The notes beneath the pieces are model-generated. The model worked only from the letters and a program-made list of their open reading frames with translations. It searched no databases and was not told where the DNA came from. From NCBI RefSeq assembly GCF_006345805.1, contig NC_043010.1, positions 55,304,001-55,368,000 of the forward strand: a stretch of DNA of 64,000 nt, given 5' to 3'. Below are positions 1 through 12,523 of the stretch, one piece after another. The DNA comes from Octopus sinensis (Eukaryota). Each line of letters opens with the position of its first letter. The first letter of the stretch is position 1. The position numbers and the translations under genes are program-made.

Positions 1-428
1 ATCAAAGTACTTCTAATGAGGTGTCATAAACGTCTTCTTTGAGTTAGCCCTATGTGTGAAAATATAACCTTTATTTTCCTTATTAATAATGAAACAGGTT
101 TAGCAAGTGAGGTTTAGGAGAAATAATTTATTAGGAAATGTCTTGTGATCTTTAAAGATCGTTCTTTACAACCCGAGTTCGGATCCCTCCAAGGTGAAAA
201 TTAAGTCTTATGCTAACTGGACTGATAAGGTAAGTAAAAACGAAAGTAGTGTAATTTATTTAAACTGACATGTTTGCTCATGAATCTGTGTTAGGATTCA
301 AAAATCTACCAATACTTGAATGATTTGACTGACCCAGGAAACTGGGAAGGGGAAATACATTATATTTGGTATATAAATATCCGTCCTGCTGAAATTCAAA
401 ATGTTATTCAACCAGGCCCGGAAAGATA

Positions 429-429
<1 letters not shown>

Positions 430-484
<55 letters not shown>
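430..484. repeat. (ACT)n microsatellite
   Basis: Pure ACT run; it explains the poly-T stretch in ORF 316..507. Confidence 0.95.
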
Positions 485-485
<1 letters not shown>

Positions 486-1019
486 AGAGGATTTTGTTTC
501 AACTTAATCTACTTCAGCTCTTCCAAGACGAAGCGAAAATGAGTGGCGTGGTGCCAACCAATATTGACTAATCATTCGTCTTCTCTTGTATTTGATATCA
601 CGTAATATTCAGTCCGCAAATGCCGTGACGAATTATATTGCCCTCTATAGAATCCACATATCAAAAATAACTACTTTTTAATCGATTTCCTTATTGAATG
701 TAAGATTTCATACCCGTACCTTTAAACACACACACGTATGCACGCACACACACATACATAAATAATACATACATCTATCCATACATACATACATACACAC
801 ACACACATATATACTAGTAGAAATACCCGGCGTTGCCCGGGTTAGAGAGAAAAATTAAATAGGAAAAAGGCCGTCTAGATTAAGCAGGTCTCAACTGCTT
901 CTAACTGAGATACCAGCTTTCTACATTAATAACTCTCCAACCCATCTAGCTTGGAACATAAACATTAAGTGAAATATTAAAAGAAAGTTCTCAACTCATA
1001 TATGTATATAAAGTTTCAA

Positions 1020-1233
<214 letters not shown>

Positions 1234-1384
1234 GTCCACACATACACTCACCAGCACGCACACTCACACATACACTCGGACATGCATACACACATATACA
1301 GAATACACATAATTCAAAAACACGTTTTCTCAAGCATATTTCGTAACCAAAAAATAGGTACAGATTTATTAGCAATTGACGACC

Positions 1385-1800
1385 GATTTGGGTGATTCAT
1401 TTGACAGAGATAGTAGAGAGCGAAACCGGTGACATATCTGACCTTAGATCTTGAAACTTTGCATGAATTCTGGCTCAGTTAAATCTCTTGTGGCTCCAAA
1501 TGATGCCATTTGTAGTGCAGCGTTGTATGGTCAAATTTTGTTTTGTAAATGCTTGGAATCTCGGTCAATTGATGACAACTTTATCTTCAATGGCTCTGGA
1601 GATTGGGCATTGTAAGGATTTTAAACTTTCCAACACTGGGGCACAGTGCAGGTGTCTATCCAGGTCACTTCCTTGCTTTACAATGTATGCACTTAGTTCC
1701 CATTGCGCCAATGGAAACTCTAATATCATGTGTATAATGAACTGCTGGATCATAATTGAAAGCTGCTTTGTAGAAGTTGCTCATCTGAGCTGTTGCAACT
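1385..1800 (-). pseudogene. Helitron RepHel N-terminal zinc-finger region, with stops and a frameshift
   Basis: Manual translation gives AFNYDPAVHYTHDIRVSIGAMGTKCIHCKARK*PG*TPALCPSVGKFK, a frameshift, then PEPLKIKLSSIDRDSKHLQNKI*PYNAALQMASFGATRDLTEPEFMQSFKI*GQICHRFRSLL. This fits the RepHel pattern CxHCxAxKxxGE..CCxxGKV...YNxxFxMxSFGA...FKIQGQxYH. Confidence 0.85.
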
Positions 1801-2664
1801 GCTCTTCGTTCTGCCATGGGGATTCTAATTCTTGTACGCCCTGCATACCTTCCTTCATCAATGACATGCTCTGGCTTTTTTAGTGCCGAGTTTGTTCCTT
1901 TCTTGGTTTGTTTCCCTTTCTGCAGCTGTCTCTCTTTCACAGGACATACTTTTGGCTGACCCTGACATTGTACACAGATTTGACACTTTCCTTCTAGACA
2001 TGGTTATATATGTAAACAGAAGTACACAGGTGCAGACGATAGTGAACAATGAAAATAACTGGGTAACGAGCAGATAGTAACTAAGAAATTTCTACTGAAA
2101 AGAAGGAATTGTACGGGTTGAAGCGAAATTTGTCAGAGAACCAAAGAGCTAGTATCGAAGGGACCAGAAAGAAGCCGTTAACAACAGAAAAACACAAAGC
2201 CATTGCAAAAGTAATTAAGACATTTTTAGGGAAATTAACTGGATTGAATGCTGGGTGAATCAGCACTTCCAGCATCTGTTCGCAAGGTCGATCAACTGGA
2301 GGTGCTTTGGGAAGGATAATGAACGTATGCATGTGCTTGTTTGTTGTTCAACCATTTCAACTATGGCCTCCTTTTTCCACAACAGAAGCTCTCCGAGACC
2401 TTGGTTTTTCTTCGACGCAGCTGTCACGTCTTGAAACATATTTGTGCCACACGTTCGTTGAACTATTTTCTCTGAACGATTTTTGTGTCACCCGTTCTTT
2501 GACATCTAATAAAAGTATAGACCAAATGAGAAACGAGAACATAAAAAAGAAAAACATAGGAAACGAACTTTTTTCAAACAAAGAAAAAACAGAGAAACGC
2601 CACATGCAACATTATGAACATTCCCTGCATCACTTGTCCCCTGTTTTATCAACTCCGCGTTTTG

Positions 2665-2722
<58 letters not shown>

Positions 2723-2834
2723 CGTATTATATGTTTGTATTTTGATATATGTATGGATGCATATAGTAATAGTATGTATGTATATTTGTGTTTGTGTGTG
2801 CGTGTCCGTATTATACAAAGAATTGGAGACCGGG

Positions 2835-3165
2835 TAGGTGCGGCTACGTGGTAAAAATGTTACCTCCCAGCTACATGTCACCGGGTTTAATCCCAATGTC
2901 TGGCACCTTGGGCAAGACTTATCTATTTTTTCCTCGGGCCCATTAAAGCATTGCGAGTAGATTTGAACGCAAGTATCTATGTGTATTTCTATCAGTTTAT
3001 CAGTGTGTATCCAACTGTGTTGCATTGTTATGTCCCCGTAGCAAAAACAACAACGATTGTTGACAAAATCGTAGGATAGAATATTTACTAGGATTTAATC
3101 ATAAGTACTGGGGTCGATCCGCTCAACCCTTTGAAACCATGTTTCAGCAAAGGACTTAAACAAAT
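2835..3165 (+). mobile_element. Degenerate tRNA-derived SINE, family C
   Basis: Head followed by CACCTTGGGCAAG, ATGTCCCCGTA and ATAAGTACTGGGGTCGAT blocks, which are shared with the intact family C copies in this window. Confidence 0.7.
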
Positions 3166-3224
3166 AATGATAAAATGTAAAAATATATAAGAAACATCGC
3201 AAAATAAGAAAACACCAATATGTC

Positions 3225-4680
3225 AGTTCATGTGGCTCTTATATTGATCAAAACGGAAATACTTTCCTGATATTTTATTTTATTTATGATGATATGACCT
3301 GTGACCATAAATGGTCCGTTCGTGACCAACAATTCTTTCGGTTCAATAACATCATTTCTCATCTCATTACCCAGTGTCATTGTTTTCTGAAGATAGCAGA
3401 CTTTAATCTGATATATATATATATATTCGATTGTAGGTTTTAGCAGAGAAACTGACAATATAATTAATACTTTGTCGGCTCGTATCTCGTCTTTCTCTCA
3501 CCATATATCTTAGTTATCATTTGACCCTACATTCCATCTAAAATTCATTACCTTTAGTAAACTTTAGTGTGTTTGCAACGCATCCGCTCTATCTTTGTTT
3601 CATCTGATCTTTGAATCATGGTATTCAAGTTTTTTCCTCTTACTGCCAGGCGTTTCTGAAGATATATAGATCCATAAAATTGATTTATATAAATGGAGGA
3701 TAATGGGAAAAGGATAGCATCCAATCAACTTCACTGTCATACAGCTGTTTCTGCTTCAAGAAACAGGGCACAAAGAATTGAGTGTGAGACATATAATAGC
3801 TTCATCAGAGCCATTTATCATTTATTAGGAATTACTATCATTCTTTAATGCATGATTTCTTCATATTAGCTTCAAAATTTGGCACAAGTTCCGAAACGTT
3901 GGAGAAGGGGCTAAGGCGCTTAGATTGATGAAAGGCAAAGTCGACCTAGGTGAAATTGAACTCGTAACGTAAAAACAGACGAAATGCCTCTAAGCATTTT
4001 GTCCGGCGTGCTTATGAATCAGACATCTACTCGCCCTACATGTGTTCATCATATATTCATAATGTACACATGATATTTTATTGTAGATGCTACTGAAATG
4101 AAACGGATGTACTGGGAGCAACAAACAGCGGTACCATTCTCTCCCAAATAGCTACAAATTCTTAGTGTAAGAATTTCTTTATAATTATGCATAGAAAATA
4201 AAGGCAGTTTATGAGAAAAAATAGCGATCAACTTCAAAGGAATTACGGATAATCATTGTTAGCTTTGTCCTGGGATTCGCAGCTTAAAGTCTGCACAGAA
4301 ATATGTATCTGCCATTTCTCTTGTGTATTTGTTTTGCAGAATATTTCATGTGAAATCCTGAGCTGAATCAGATGTTGCATCTTGGAAGGCTGTATTTGTT
4401 ATTTGCCAAATGACATTCATACTCGGAAGAAAACCCCATTTAAATCGAATAATATAAGATGAAGACAGTACCAGACAAATATTTCTTAGAGACACAAGTA
4501 TCATCGTCAGATCAACAATATATTCTTTAAGATAATGAGTATATTTTATTAAAAATTGGCATAGCATACAGATACTACGTATTTTGATTATGATATGGTG
4601 CCAATAACTAGACACGTAAAGTAAATCGGAAGAAAGTTCGACTGCTGCATGTTTACCGTTTCGTTTTGTGATCAAATATT
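3225..4680 (-). mobile_element. Possible heavily decayed R4/Dong-like LINE remnant
   Basis: Weak colinear motif remnants: FFRV*MSFGK (compare DIxMxFGxxKC) and SIYLQKRLAVRG...ETKI (compare RLYLPRxxGGRGL). It is interrupted by later insertions. Confidence 0.35.
3683..3972. repeat. About 290-bp dispersed duplication, copy 1 (copy 2 at 9998-10286)
   Basis: ATTTATATAAATG..GATAATGGGAAAAGGATAGCATCC...GAAAGGCAAAGTC is present twice with few substitutions. Confidence 0.9.
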
Positions 4681-5089
4681 TCACCTTTTATATGTAAAAC
4701 GAGGGGCTGAAAGAATTTTTTAAATGATAGAATAGAATAACTCCCCTATTTATTCCGACTCCCTGCATTCTCATTTCAAATTATACCGAGATATTTCTTT
4801 GTTTTCAACTTTTCGGTGATTTAGGGCGGACGATTGGCAGAAATGTTAAAGGATCACAAGAAATATTTTGCAGTATTTATTCCCCTACGATGAGAGAGGG
4901 ACCGAGCTGCATCGGCCCAAATTATCGGTCTTTCCCCTGAATAATCGAAGGTGACGTAGAAAGAGAAGACCTAAATAGAGGGACAAGTGCTAGTTATCCT
5001 TAAACGATTTTAAGTAGGGGCTACACTTATAAAAGTAGATGATTGTTTAAGTTTGATTTAATGAAGCCCTAGAATGTCGCCTTATGACT

Positions 5090-5335
5090 CTATTTTCTCT
5101 AAGTTATCTTTTCCTTATTCGGGGCGCAGTCTAAATTTTTGATATTTTCCAAGAAAGTCGTGTGATACGCATTAGCTCTTCTCCGTCCCTCGTTGGATCG
5201 ATATATATTTAGGTACAGAAGTAGCCTATATCGCACGGTTTTCCAATAGTGATCGTTGCCTATTAGCAAATACATTGTCCAATATATCTTTAAAGAATAT
5301 AGTAGTTTGAGGTATATTTGAAGGCTTGTTTTTAA
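5090..5335 (-). pseudogene. Possible Helitron PIF1-helicase fragment
   Basis: FKDILDNVFANRQRSLLENRAI*AT followed in another frame by YHTTFLENIKNLDCAPNK. These resemble FPDI..N..WL.ERAILA and YPTEFLNS....PPH. Short and degenerate. Confidence 0.35.
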
Positions 5336-5589
5336 TTGTTGAAGAGACCACATTGAATTTCTTTCGCTGACCCCTCAGAACTTCGATTCATTGATGCTTC
5401 ATAACGTGCGGAAAATGATATTAAGCATTAAAGCAACAATAAGATCAGAGGAATTGCGTTTCTCCCTCATTCTCTGTCTTTTTTCCCTTGTACACTTATC
5501 ATTCCAATAGCAAAAGGAAGAACATTTGGCCTGATATATGGTGAGAGTGAATTCTGAAAATGCTTTGGTCAGTTAATATACACACGGCT

Positions 5590-5785
5590 TAAGGCAGCTA
5601 GCGGGTAGAAATGTTAGCGGCATTACATCCGTCTTTACGTTCTGAGTTTAAATTACGCCGAGGTCAACATTGCCTTTTATCTTTTCGGGGTTGATAAAAT
5701 AAGTACCAGTCAAGTATTTGAGTCTATGTAATTGACTTCCTCTTCCCTCAAAAACTGGTTGTCCACTGCCAAAATTTGAAACGAA
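5590..5785 (+). mobile_element. SINE family B (Meta/MESC-like core), degenerate
   Basis: GTTCTGAGTTTAAATT..GCCGAGGTCAAC..GCCTTTTATCTTTTCGGGGTTGATAAAATAAGTACCAG. Confidence 0.8.
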
Positions 5786-6590
5786 TATACATGGAGCTAC
5801 TTAACTCAATTTGTAAACACTTATAACCTTCTTTAATCTCAAATTACACCAGTGATGAAAATTAACAGAAAAAGCAAAAAACAAAAAAATCATCCGCTGC
5901 TGGTTTCTTCACAACAAGAAAGGACAATTTATTTTATACGTTAATTGAGACGAGGGAAAATATTCACGAGTAAAGTTTTCCTCACAGAACACACATGCTA
6001 AACTTTTCGCCTTTTAGACAACGAAATAAACTGGTAGTTCAAGAAATGCAGGTATAAATTAAGAAAATGTGGTGTAAGAAACGAATTTAAAACCAGTGTA
6101 CGGTAATACTACAAGGCTACCAAAATACTACATTTAGTAACTTACGTTCTCAGTCAAGGAACTCACATCATATTCTGATTCCATTTGCAGGGAACTAAAG
6201 TATATGTATACGTATACATACACATATACACTTGCACTGACACAGACACACACAGATACACACTCACGCTAACATACACATACTCACACATGCATGTAAA
6301 TATACATACATATATACGTATATATATATATGTATATATATATATATACATACATCGCTATACTAATACGTTTGTTTGCTTGTACTCCACCTGCCTTCGT
6401 CTTTTGTTTATTTTCGTAAACTTTCCCTTTATATTTATATATATATATACATATACATATATACATACATTCATACATACTTATACATACATATATACAT
6501 ATATACATATACATATATATATATATATATGTATATATATGTATATGTATATATATAAATACATATATACATAAATACATACATATATAT

Positions 6591-6676
<86 letters not shown>

Positions 6677-7746
6677 GTGTGTATGCATGTATATGCATAG
6701 ACATTTAGTATTTATCCGATCTTGTGAAAGAAACAAATATTGCCCTTGATTAAGTAAATACACTACGTCGAGAAAATAAAATACCGAGTCAATGTACGCA
6801 TAAAGGCCTTAAAAAAACAATAAGAATTACCAGAAGTGCTAACAGAGGATAAAGGCAAAGACAAACAAGAGGGAAACGTTTATTGTGAATGTATGTATTC
6901 CCAACCGAATGTAAATACCAAAGCGTCCCCAGTTCGGTGAAATCGCGGTCTTGACCGGTTCCACAAACTCTCATTCAAAGCGCCCATCTGGTTTTTGTCT
7001 ATCTATGTACATAATAGCGGAATCACTTCAATGCATTCAAACGAGTGGCAGATGGTTCAGGAAGAAGAAAACATTGATTAATTCTTTTAAATCAGATCTA
7101 TAGATAAATAAATCACATTTTATTTGATTTTACTACCGTGTAAACGTAAATCTGATGATATGTTTCGTTTCGTTTCGCTTCTATTTCTATTTTTTTTTTA
7201 GTTTCATGTTTCTTTTTTCCCTCTCTCTCTCTCTCTCTCCGGAATTCAATATCTGAGCTTTAAAATAAGATTATCCGATATTTATAATTTCTAATAGAAT
7301 GCTTCGTTTTATTTTATTTTATTTTATTTTATTTACATTTTATTTCATTATTTCATTTTTTTTTTTGCTTTGGTAAATATTCGACACAGAATGACAATTT
7401 ACGATATACAACGCGGTTGCTGGTGCTGGTTTTTCTTTCTTTCTTTCTTCTTTCTTTTTCTTAGAATAAATTCAAGATAAATGCTTTATCTAGAATTAAT
7501 AATCAATAATCCATTGATAATCCTTATAAAACAATCTATCTTCTATGTTGACAAAAACAGAGAACAAAAACAAAACACATAAAACAATCGATGTGTTGGT
7601 TTACCACCGAGTAACTTCAAAATATTTTATATATGTATTTAACAAATCGTCCTAACTTGTCGCCAGGTTGAATTTCAACGACGTGTGAATTAATTATTGT
7701 TGACGTTGAGATTGTTATTATTATTATTATTATTATTATTTTTTAA

Positions 7747-7803
<57 letters not shown>

Positions 7804-7867
7804 GAGTGAGAGAGCAGTGCATGCCATCAAAGTGACACAGGTATAAATATACGAAGCCCATTATACA

Positions 7868-8253
7868 GTATAGGAGCACTCCGTCGGTTGCGACGATGAG
7901 GGTCCCAGCTGATACGATCAACGGAACAGCTTGCTCGTGATATTAACGTGCAAGTGGCTGAGCACTCCACAGACACGTGTACCCTTAACGTAGTTCTCGA
8001 GGAGATTCAGCGTGACACAGAGTGTGACAAAGCTGGCCCTTTGAAATACAGGTACAAGAGAAACAGGAAGAAAGAGCGAGAGAAAGTTGTGGTGAAAGAG
8101 TACAGCAGGGTTCACCCCCCCCCCTGCCGGAGCCTCGTGGAGCTTTAGGTGTTTTCGCTCAATAAACACTCACAATGCCCGGTCTGGGAATCGAAATCGC
8201 GATCCTCCGACCGCGAGTCCGCTGCCCTAACCACTGGGCCATTGCGCCTCCAC
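7868..8253 (-). mobile_element. tRNA-derived SINE, family A (octopus OR-type-like), full length
   Basis: Head GGAGGCGCAATGGCCCAGTGGTTAGGGCAGCGGAC with A box and B box (ATTTCGATTCC). A 17-bp TSD ACGAAGCCCATTATACA lies at 7851-7867 and 8254-8270. It is inserted into a family E element. Confidence 0.92.
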
Positions 8254-8374
8254 ACGAAGCCCATTATACACATCCATGACTACTGGGGTAGATGGCCAGG
8301 TCTTTCCTCAGGCCAGAGCCGTTTAGCCAGCGTATTTACCATATGCCGTTGCCACCCCCAGCACCAAGGTGAGG

Positions 8375-8548
8375 AGAACGGTTGGACATTGAAGTGGGAG
8401 AAAAATCGAATGGTACAATATACAAAAAGTCACACGGGGATGGACATAGCCAATCGGAAAGAAGCGACCCAGGATAGAACTGGCTGAAGGACGCTGATCC
8501 ATCGAGTAACCGAGAGTCGACGTCGAGTGAGCGGATAGATAGATAGAT
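8375..8548 (+). mobile_element. RTE/BovB-type LINE 3' end
   Basis: Translation HTGMDIANRKEATQDRTG*RTLIHRVTESRRRVSG* matches the RTE C-terminus pattern (QDRxxWRxxIHRVTxSR), and a short (GATA)n tail follows. Confidence 0.7.
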
Positions 8549-9201
8549 GGACCATTCAATACTAATATTGACTTTGTTGGTCATACTTTAAGAGATTTAC
8601 TGACATTTTCATCTGTTATCTCAAGAATCACAATCTCCCTTTAAAACATGCTTTAAAACGTCAAATATATTAACCGGAATGCTGCAGGTTAAAAAATGCT
8701 ATTTGCAGAAAGATGCTCAAAAAATACTTTCTGATGTTGCTCTTCGAAGTTTTCGGAACTTTGGTGTTATAAATTATTTACACATGTGTTCCAAATACCG
8801 TTGATTATACACACATTTTCCTGTATGAAATATTGTAATTAGTTCAGTAGTTATGCCGTGCGTTTCATCTTGGTTCTACGGTCCATTAATGTCAGTTAAC
8901 ATAACTATTTCGATAATTAATAAGCTACTGTCCTTCCACCAGTAAATTATGTGAGGCGCATTATATGCAATTTAGCAGTCTATAGGTATACTAAAACTCC
9001 AAAATGTGTATTTATGATATTTTGCAGCAGTTCATCGAAGAACCGCATATTTTCCTTCCGAGAAGAATTCAACTTACGTAGATGGATCTATATAAACAAA
9101 CATTGGTACATAATCATATTATTATTATTATTATTATTATTAACATCATCATCATCATCATCATCTTTATCATCATCATTATCATTATTATTATTATTAT
9201 T

Positions 9202-9671
9202 GAGTGAGAGAGCAGTGCATGCCATCAAAGTGACACAGGAGTAAAATACACGAAACCCAGTATACTCATCATGACTACCCGTCTGATAAGGGCACACTAG
9301 GCACATGCATCACAACCACATATGCGCGACATGGTGATCCCATATCAAGATAAACAGCACATGACCTTGCAGGTGGGGCCCAGTTAGAATTTTCTTCTGG
9401 TCGAATAACCCATCCCATTCAAAAGGTCCCTGAATAAGGGTTGTTTAAGAATGTTGAAAGAACCACCCATGTTTCCAGAGGTGAATTATTCAAATCCCAA
9501 AGAATCCCTCTCAACACATGGCTATGATGCTCCCCCACTACTTTTGCTCGTGGTCAGAGGTGCACATATCATCAACCACTAAGGGACATGCTCAACTGGT
9601 TACGGTCAAACAACTGACAATCAGTTAAGATCAGAAGCCACGAGAGCCACTGCCTGGTACTGCATCAGGGC

Positions 9672-9674
<3 letters not shown>
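9202..9674 (-). mobile_element. Non-coding element, family E, embedded in (ATT)n
   Basis: Begins GAGTGAGAGAGCAGTGCATGCCATCAAAGTGACAC directly after (ATT)n, as also seen at 7804 and 34716. It is flanked by (ATT)n on both sides. Strand is inferred from a presumed (TAA)n tail. Confidence 0.75.
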
Positions 9675-9733
<59 letters not shown>

Positions 9734-9997
9734 GGATTTATGGTACAGTGAGATGTATTTTCTCAGGTGATTTCAATACGGAAGATATTTTTGTCATCTG
9801 TATTCTAAGTGTTGCGGGTATTTTTTTCACTGTCTCTACGTGCTGATAGCATGCTCGTCTATCATGAATGTTATTCCATCTTTTGAACCTTTGAAATCGG
9901 CAAAAAATATTGGTTATGTCATGGCAACATGGTTGATTCAACTGACAACAGAATCTCTGGATTTAAGTTCATATTCTGACATATTACGTATCAATTA

Positions 9998-10286
9998 ATT
10001 TATATAAATGAAGGATAATGGGAAAAGGATAGCATCCAATCAACTTCACTGTCATACAGCTGTTTCTGCTTCAAGAAACAGGGCACAAAGAATTGAGTGT
10101 GAGACATATAATAGCTTCATCAGAGCCATTTATCATTTATTAGGAATTGTTATCATTCTTTAATGCATAATTTCTTCATATTAGCTTCAAAATTTGACAC
10201 AAGTTCCAAAACTTTGGAGAAGGGGCTAAGGCGCTTACATTGATGAAAGGCAAAGTCCATCTAGGTTAAATTGAGCTCAGAACGTA
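9998..10286. repeat. About 290-bp dispersed duplication, copy 2
   Basis: Near-identical to 3683-3972. Confidence 0.9.
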
Positions 10287-11497
10287 GAATTTACGTATTG
10301 CAACCGAGGGGATAAATAAATGAAAAGCTCCAGTCCAGGAATACAATGCTGTACGGTTCGGTAGAATGTGTTGATGGCACATGTGCTAATTGTTTCATTA
10401 AATTGATGCTTAAAAGTAATTTAGACACCAACATGATATTTATATTTTTTCATTCCTTCGCATATTTTTCAAAACAATCATACATGTTGAGAATGTCAAT
10501 CTCATAAATACCGAAGCATTTATAGAAAAATTAAGTGAACAGCTCATGTATTATTATTGACTGCGATATAGTTTAAGTCATCTCGAATTCTCAGTCTATG
10601 TCAGTATGACTGATGGCATTTCTCCATGCCAAAGGACATCTGCATATTCTTGATAATGGGCTTGGCGAAATGAAGGACGCTCTCAAGTTTGAGATTTTCA
10701 GTTTAAAATATTGATCATTCACGATGAGAAAACGGCGAATTAATATGGCTTTCGCTCTTCTGATTTATTATTCCAAATTACCTTTTTCTATTAATGGCAA
10801 TCTTCATGGCAGCAAGTGTTATCTGTTGATATTCCTGCAATGTTACAGCTTACATTCAAGATTTCATTGGCGACAACGCAAAAGCTTCTATCCTTTATTC
10901 TGTGTTGCTTAACAAACGTGACGGCGGTGAGCTTCATTAAACATTGTACCAAACTATTATATTTTGAGCATTTTGATTAGGCAACCATGTGTTTTACATG
11001 TCAGACCAGATCGAAGACAAATTTGTAATCTATCCAAACACAGACAGCTTTATTTAGTGTAATGTCCAATAATCCAAAGAACATATACACTTTCTGCTCC
11101 ACAAAATATTCATGTCATTATTTCTATTTTTCTTCTATTTATTATATGTTTATTATATTTATTTATTTATTCTGAATATTCAATAATTCCGTTAGACCTT
11201 TTTTGGTGATTTGTTAGTTAATTAACACAAACTCATTAATGCTGTAATAGTTAGATGAAAGAAATATGTCATTTCTCTGACATTAATGTTGTTCAAGCGA
11301 TATGGAGACAGCCATAAAAATTACCCGGAATCTTTGAGAGAAGGTCCAAGTTAGACGTTGTAGGTTAGATCGCCATATATTAAGTAACAAGAAGCATTAT
11401 TTTAAATACAGTCATTAACAGGAATTTTCCGGTTTCCGAAGCTATTCAATGTACATGGTAACGGTTTGGCGAGACGAATTTCTTTTAATGTTTAGTT

Positions 11498-11890
11498 GCT
11501 GTTGTTGGAAGCACTCCGTCGGTTACGGCGACGAGTGTTCCGGTTGATCCGATCAACGGAACAGCCTGCTCGTGAAATTAACGTGTAATGGGCTGAGCAC
11601 TCCACAGACACGTGTACCCTTTACGTAGTTCTCGGGGATATTCAGCGTGACACAGAGAGTGACAAGGCCGGCCCCTTGAAATACAGGTACAACAGAAACA
11701 GGAAGTAAGAGTGAGAGAAAGTTGTGGTGAAAGAGTACAGCAGGGATCACCACCATCCCCTGCCGGAGCGTCGTGGAGCTTTTAGGTGTTTTCGCTCAAT
11801 AAACACTTACAACGCCCGGTCTGGGAATCGAAACCGCGATCCTATGACCGCGAGTCCGCTGCCCTAACCACTGGGCCATTGCGCCTCCAC
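11498..11890 (-). mobile_element. SINE family A, full length, with 49-bp flanking direct repeat
   Basis: Same head and body as 7868-8253. The flanks 11449-11497 and 11891-11939 differ at 2 positions. Confidence 0.93.
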
Positions 11891-12523
11891 ATGTACATGG
11901 TAACAATTTGGCGAGACGAATTTCTTTTAATGTTTAGTTCTTTAATGTTTAATCATTATGAACATTATCATTAATGTTCTGTTGTTATTATCGTAATAAA
12001 TTCTTCTAAAATGATATGCTTTTGCTGCACTTTGCTTTGCTTCCAGAACAGGTTTGTAAAATAATCAATTTGCATTCGTAATTTTCTGCAGGTTATGTTC
12101 TTTTTATCCATTTTACTTTACCTTTATTTCGTGAATTCAGTCATCGTGTTTATCAGCTTTCATTCGTTACGTAAAATGCCTATTCAGTAATTGAATTTAC
12201 CATTATTAATAACATTGCAGTTGTTTACAACATGGTATGATACCAAGAGCGTTGAAAAGTGTTGTGTAATATTTATTCTACCATATTCTACCATTTCGTC
12301 ATACGAGTGTGGTCAACTTTTGCTCGGCTTTTCACAGTCGAGAAAATACCAGTCAAGAACTGAGAGCCATAGTTTTGAATAACCCCCTCTGTGCAAAATT
12401 AAATTCATTACTATTTTATTATGCTGTTGTTTTTAGAATTGGATGCTTAGCAACTTTTAAATACATACATACATTCATGAATACATACATGCATGCATAG
12501 ATATACATACACGAATATATTCT

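Larger units (their letters stand above)
9736..12450 (-). mobile_element. Decayed R4/Dong-like LINE with reverse-transcriptase remnants
   Basis: Colinear minus-strand motifs: NRKIPVNDCI*N (about 11420; compare NWKxPGxDxIxN), VWIDYKFVFDLV*H (about 11020; compare WIDYKKAFDSVPH), NMQMSFGMEKC (about 10630), YKCFGIYE (about 10510) and AINTF (about 10370). It ends at a (TAA)n run. Confidence 0.65.
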
